Assembly (NCBI GenBank): GCA_903813345.2
Contig: CAIIXF020000001.1
Coordinates: forward strand, 20,026,001-20,090,000
Direction: 5' to 3'
DNA: 64,000 nucleotides
From: Owenia fusiformis
Lineage: Eukaryota
Made by a program: the position numbers and the translations under genes. The notes under the pieces were generated by a model. It made no database searches. It had not been told where the DNA came from and saw only the letters and a program-made list of their open reading frames with translations. Positions 58,201 to 64,000 of this stretch are shown here, in pieces (within the stretch, counting starts at the first letter, position 1; every line of letters begins with the position of its first letter).

Positions 58201-61200
58201 AAAGGGGTGCTGAATACATTTTCTTTATCAGTTCCAGGAGACAGCAGTCTATTTGCTACATAGCTTCGTTGTGAGTCTTCTCTACTGGGTACAGAAGTAT
58301 CAGATGAGCTTGGAAGAAAGAGGAATGGATCTTCCTTTAAGTTCAAGTCTCTTTGGCTCAATAACGAGCCTTCCAAATGGCATTTATTGCCAAGCTCTAC
58401 ACTTAATGCAATGAGTGAATCACCAGTGTTTAATACAGCAACACCATCTATACTTAGGCTAGTTCTGGCGGTGAAGAATGGAAATGGCGGAGCAAGTTCA
58501 AATTTTGTATGTACTGCAAAAGAATGCTGAAGGCACATTTTGTTGGGCCTTGTGTCATAGGCAGCAAATTCTACCCCTGGAAAAATATATTTCAAATGCA
58601 ATAGCATACAATAATTATTTTTTCAAAGAATATTTATAGATAAATATAATACATTTATAAATTATTTTACAAATAAAAATGACTTCACTTTTTAATAGTA
58701 ATGAGATACAACTATTCATGCATAATAAGAGTGTCATTTTGACAGTACTGTCCTTTTTATTTATTCTTCATACGAGGAATGAAAATTTGGTTAAAAAGCA
58801 GACACAATCCTCAACACCATTTTTAATATTTGTTTTACAGTCACTAAACTTTACTGACATCAGCTATCATCAGTACATATAAACTATGATAGCCCAGTGA
58901 GTAAGCTTTGACAAAAAATGCAAGAACATCTACCAGAAGGTGGGTCCTCCTTCCTATTGCTGAGTTTCTGACAATTACTGCAAACATCTAAGGGAGGTAT
59001 GGCTGTTATTGTGACGTAACACTGACGCTTCTCTTCATAACCTGAAGATGGCCTGGAATACCAACAATCCCCATCAATTACAATTCTGCACATACTGTAT
59101 AGGAACTAGAACAAGATTTCAATATTACCCAAAAATGTAAAAATATGTTCTACTTCAGAATCAGATTGACCCCCTTCCTACTCTCAAAATGTAATTGAAC
59201 ATTCATTGATTTTCTTCAAATTAAAAGTCATTAACTTTCTTTTGTTCAATTGAATGAACTTTTAATAAAAAATGCAATTACATGTACTGTATACTGTTGC
59301 TGTCTTGTTCTATACAAAGAAATGCAGCTTAATTGTTGATGGAAATATACTCACCCATATCCATATACTAACAACTGTGAGTTATCTGAAGGCCACTCAC
59401 ATATGGCTACATAAAGATCTTGTTGGATATCATCTTCAACAAACAATCGAATCTCTGATATCTGAAAGTACAAAATGGTTGAAATGTGTCAATTGTGTTA
59501 CTTGTACCAGTTTATACCATATCAATGGTATATATGGGAATAATTGTAGCCACTAAAGTATAGTTCTGTTATTCAATATTAAGCCTTCAAATATCCAAAA
59601 ATGCAAGAGTTGATGGACTCATTGATGGAAAAATTATAATATTGTTAAAATTGAATCCAAACCTATCACGCACGTAAATATGTACATGCATACATAAAAG
59701 GCATTTACATGCAAAATGTCACCACCTGCCATTTGTTACAGATGCTAACTGCTGACTGCCAAACACTTATCCCCAAACAGCATCCAACAAAAAGCTATAA
59801 CAATATGTCATCACTTCTGGTGTGACATAAGAAAAGAACAGATATTTAATCAAATTAATAGTTATTAACAAACCTGTTTCAGTGGCCTATATGGCACAAA
59901 CTGCCACCATTGCAGCCTGTATATGTACACTGGAGAAACTGTGTGATCCAAAGCCTCCATCTGTAGAGAATATGACATCACAAATCTACCATCTTTACTG
60001 AACCCAAGGAACACCAGTCTGAAAAATATTCATGAATTGGGAGATAATTCTTTTATGAAATCATATCATTTTCAATGCAAATGTAGCTAATTATCTCAAG
60101 GGTTGATTAAGAATATCTGCGTTAGGAGATAATTGCCTGTTACCTGAGCTACTAATTAAATCTTTGTATACAGGACCAAGGGGGTTTACTTTTTAAAGAA
60201 TTCCAGGGGATGTTCACCTTTGACAATTTGGCCCAAAATGACCAAAATCACTCAGAATGGTGAAAACGATGCATTGTTACGATCAAAGTGCATGCTTTTG
60301 AAAGAATTTTTGGCCTGGGTGGGAATGGGGGCTCGGTCGAACCCCCATATTCTGAAATTGAATATTGTGCCCTATATACAGAAGTATAATATCCTCAATT
60401 GCTAAGTTTTGTCTCGCCTATTCAAATTTGCCTCTGCTAAATATGGATTTTGGCCATGCTGATTTTGTTATTTCTTTTATTGACTCCTTCTGTGAGGCTA
60501 ACATTAACTCACCCTTGATGTAGTAACATCTCATCTACTAATGAATTAAGGCTGAAGCCTAGTCTGCCAGGAATGCGATTGAAAAGTTTCATGTTTCTAC
60601 TGTGTTTGTGCCTTTGGAAGTTACCTCTTAACTGAAACATAAAATATGTGTATTCTTACTAGTAAATGCAATATCCATGATATATTATAAATTGTGTACA
60701 AGGGCAATATCCAGGGACAAACTTTATGATGTACATGTTTTGCATAAATACAAAATCCAGGAAAAATGCCATATCATATCAATAATCATATAATGTTTTA
60801 TGTTTGCAAACAGTATTATATCAGAGAGAGTCAAACCTAATTTGCTAATGTTATTGCTATGGTTGTGCATAATTCACAAGAAATAATACACATTTATAAA
60901 ATAATCAGTTCCAATGATTTGTTGCCAGAGTAACAGGAATTGTGTAAATTCTGAAATTCTGAATAGTATAAGAAATATATTCTTAACCTCTAGATAAACA
61001 ACAGATACTATTAGTATGGTACATGTATATTCAAAACCTCTTGCTCTATATGTGTGTTTATGCCATATAATATAAATTATTTTCTAATTCAAATGTAATG
61101 ATTTCAAAGGTATCATTTTTAATACATCAGTGCTGTGGAAATATCAGTGTTTAAGTACTTGTCCTTGTCAATATTACTAATTTAACTGCAATCTCTGTAA

Positions 61201-62890
61201 ACATAATGACTGAACAAATATAATATTGATGAATGAATTGTTGTAAATGCAAATATAAGATCAAAAACAAATCGATCAAAGATAAACATTTTTAAATTGG
61301 ATTAAAGGGATAACAAAGAATAGAGTACAGGTATTTTCTGTAAAAATAATGACTGAACAAATATAATATTGATGAATGAATTGTTGTAAATGCAAATATA
61401 AGATCAAAAACAAATCGATCAAAGATAAACATTTTGAAAATTGGATTAAAGGGATAACAAAGAATAGAGTACAGGTATTTTCTGTAAAAATAATGACTGA
61501 ACAAATATAATATTGATGAATGAATTGTTGTAAATGCAAATTTAAAATCAAAAACAAATCGATAAAAGATATACATTTTGGAATTGGATTAAAGGGATAA
61601 CAAAGAATAGAGACATAATGAGGGTAACCTTTTGACAAGTTTGCATTGTTTTTGCTTAAGGTTATCCCTTATCAATTCTTGCTAAAAACAAACAAATTAT
61701 TTCACAATAATTCTGAAAATGAATTTCACCCTTCAAATTAGAATGGTAGGTAATTCAAATATTTGAAAAAAATAAAAACCCAAAATATATTTCAAAAATA
61801 ATATGATCAACTTTTAAAACCTTCATGGGTCTTTAAGTTTTTTTGACAGTAGCAAAAACCAAATTTCACATTTTATGTGAGGGAGCAAAATGGCATATTT
61901 CCTGACTCATCCTTTTGCATGATAATTGACATACATGTACTTAAAATGTATAACGAAAAATATTTTGCTGCCACTTTAATATGTCAAACACAAATGCAAA
62001 ATTTATGAAATTTCAGTGCATATGAAATAAAAATCAATATTATTTAACATTTTCACAATAAAAACCCCTTTTAAATGTATTTAATGCAGGTGAGATCAAA
62101 AGAAAATACATCTGCATTTACAATACAGTAGGATGTGATAATGAGACATATTAGACAATATGATAAATGGAGTTTAGTGTTAATGATTTGAATCCTATAA
62201 ATATCTATGGTTAATGATGCAACATAAATGTACAATAAAGTGTAATATACCTCTGCAATCTCAATACTAGTTGTTAACCTACATTTGTAATTGAGTTGTT
62301 TTAAAAGCTGATACTCTCATATAAAAATGCATGTGCCTTAATGACAGTCACATGTACAGACTTTGTTTTTAAGGACACTTTGATAAGAGAAGGTGGTTAA
62401 AATAAGAATATGCTAAAAAAACAACCTGCCCAATAAAACTGAACAACAGCACAGATTATGCATAATTACATACAAAGAAAGCTGAGGACCATTTTTAGGG
62501 CTCTCTCATATTCATTTTGAATTGAGAAACTGCAGTATCAATATTTGAAGTCTTTTCAAGAACCAAAAGATCAAAAACTGACCAGTGAACAGCTTATTTG
62601 CAAGTGGTGCTGTAGAAATCCATTGTTATTTTGAAATTCTGCAAGCAAGATAGATAAAATTCTAGAAAAAATTGCAAAAAATACGGTGTGTCATTTCAAT
62701 AAACAAAAATAATTACCTCTCTATTATACAGCTTAGACAGCATGCTTCTAGAGCTGCATTGAGGAGGAGCTTTGGTACTACAAAACCTTCCCATTCCTTT
62801 AGGACTTCTAGATCTAGTCCTAGAGGCTGCTGGGAGAAGTTTACCTCCTCTGTTTGAGCTTAGACTACATGTACCAGATGAGTCCATCAT
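52249..62890 (-). CDS. DCAF15: DDB1- and CUL4-associated factor 15, 12 coding exons, ~695 aa
   Basis: Exons 62890-62717, 60631-60513, 60018-59874, 59461-59355, 59052-58934, 58576-57767, 57475-57375, 56959-56834, 56359-56203, 53068-53008, 52620-52508, 52304-52249; phases consistent. GLVFLGFSKDGRFVMSY, ICEWPSD, Zn ligands CSNC..CLQH, LTMDIEH..WG..FTDYD, WNLRTG and C-terminal GQSLKTIVDPHHYVAIVL all parallel human DCAF15 as I recall it. Confidence 0.92.
53200..54870. repeat. Tandem array of ~162-bp units (~10 copies) inside the HINE
   Basis: GACAAGATTTT landmarks at 53375, 53538, 53700, 53862, 54024, 54186, 54349, 54509, 54671 and 54834. Confidence 0.95.
55394..55816. mobile_element. 423-bp MITE with ~40-bp TIRs and 9-bp TSD (MULE-like), nested in the HINE
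   Basis: CGAACTCC..TGCAGTG...CACTGCGGCGGGCAG mirrors CTGCCCGCCGCAGTG...CACTGCATTGGAGTTCG; ACGGACGCG duplicated at 55385-55393 and 55817-55825. Confidence 0.85.
61195..61612. repeat. Tandem triplication of a 143-144-bp unit in DCAF15 coding intron 1
   Basis: ATAATGACTGAACAAATATAATATTGATGAATG at 61203, 61346 and 61490; copies are near-identical. Confidence 0.95.
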
Positions 62891-63239
62891 CACAATTCAC
62901 TGTTACAGTAACAATCCTGCCATTCTAAAATCATATCATTATTATATTGCATTTTAATTTAGTTTTTTTAGTAAATACCATAACAAATGAATGTCAAGAA
63001 TACGCTACGGGGGAGGGGGGGTGTGCACCTGAAACATATTGAAACTATAGTGCAATTAGGGGCAATCTGAGCATTTTCCCACAATCAAAATTAAAATATA
63101 TTATGACTTCATGGAAAAGGCTTCTTTTTGAAACAAGTTTGAATTCTAACACTATAACAGGTATTTTATTGGATTTTTGAAAAAGATTATTTTTTGAAAT
63201 AAATTATTATTGTAGGCTATTGCTCATTTCTGAGTATTC

Positions 63240-63560
63240 TGTCAAACTGGTTTTTGAAGCTGTTAACATCTTTGGCACTAATAGCAGATTCAGGTAGGTT
63301 GTTCCAGTTGATTGCAACATATTGGGTAAAGGGCATTCTTCAAGTTCTGTTCTATTGTATCTTATCTGCACTTTTTGACTATGGCCTCTGGTGTTCTTGA
63401 GTTTGGGTTTAGTAAATAGTTTGTCAGAGTTTAACCTGTCTTTACCTTCTCCTTCCAGTATTTTTAGGCCTGAATTAGATCACCTCATTTTTGTTTGTTT
63501 TTTTGTATTTTCGAGAGGGTAGTTACTCCACTTGATCATATTTGTTCTGTGTTAATCAGG
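63240..63560 (-). mobile_element. Degenerate CR1-like LINE ORF2 3' fragment
   Basis: Minus-strand translation TRGHSQKV ... INWNNLPESAISAKDVNSFKNQFD. Confidence 0.75.
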
Positions 63561-63771
63561 TTTTCCTGTCTTGTGTTGTTACTTCCTTGATGCATTAAAC
63601 TGCATTTATATCCAAGAATATGAAAAAGAACCAAAAAGGTTTTTGGAGCAACAGCAACAGAAAAAGTAAAAAGGCTTGATACTGCAGCACTAGGCCTTTA
63701 ATATTTTGATCGCAATTTTTAAGGTTTTATTGGCGCACAACCCAATAATAATTGAAATGGATGTCTAGGAC

Positions 63772-64000
63772 TAATCATCATCATCATCATTAGGACGTAG
63801 TGGGCTAAGCCAGTGATGTCGTCATCTCATTAACTTATGCCACCTGGCTTCTCAATTCATTGATTATTGATTATGCAAGACCAAAAAAAGAAACCTATTA
63901 GCATATAGTGCTCCCTCTTCCAGGGATTGTCCATCCTCTTCTTAAAGGTTTCTAGGGTTGGTGCACATACTGCTTTCTCTGGCAGGCTATTCCAGTCTGC
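63772..64000 (-). mobile_element. 3' end of a second CR1-like LINE (runs off the window end)
   Basis: DWNSLPEKAVCAPTLETFKKRMD, followed by a short 3' UTR and a (TGA)n tail at ~63774-63790. Confidence 0.75.

Noticed and set aside
61276..61638. 120-aa and 94-aa hydrophobic repeat ORFs
   Set aside because: Artefacts of the 143-144-bp intronic tandem repeat.

Overview
AT-rich eukaryotic (animal, probably lophotrochozoan/mollusc-like) genomic DNA, not prokaryotic. Splicing by hand at GT-AG junctions gives five intact multi-exon genes: OMA1 (+, 8 coding exons, ~471 aa), NIM1K (-, 3 coding exons, ~421 aa), a UBE2U-like E2 (+, 9 exons, ~345 aa), mitochondrial ferredoxin-2 FDX2 (-, 6 exons, ~184 aa) and DCAF15 (-, 12 coding exons, ~695 aa). 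Most of these exons are short and missing from the ORF track. Introns and intergenic DNA hold a 28-bp satellite, HINE/pearl-like elements (one carrying a ~162-bp tandem array), a 5'-truncated LINE, CR1-like fragments and many MITEs, several of them nested. I found no new multi-gene system. The most unusual signals are: a tandemly amplified splice acceptor in front of the OMA1 catalytic exon; roughly 10-fold enrichment of dispersed TACATGTA (possible Tc1/pogo excision scars); four sequence-unrelated elements sharing a hairpin-plus-inverted-repeat architecture; and several nested insertions with readable TSDs. Gene identities rest on my recollection of orthologue sequences, not on a database search.
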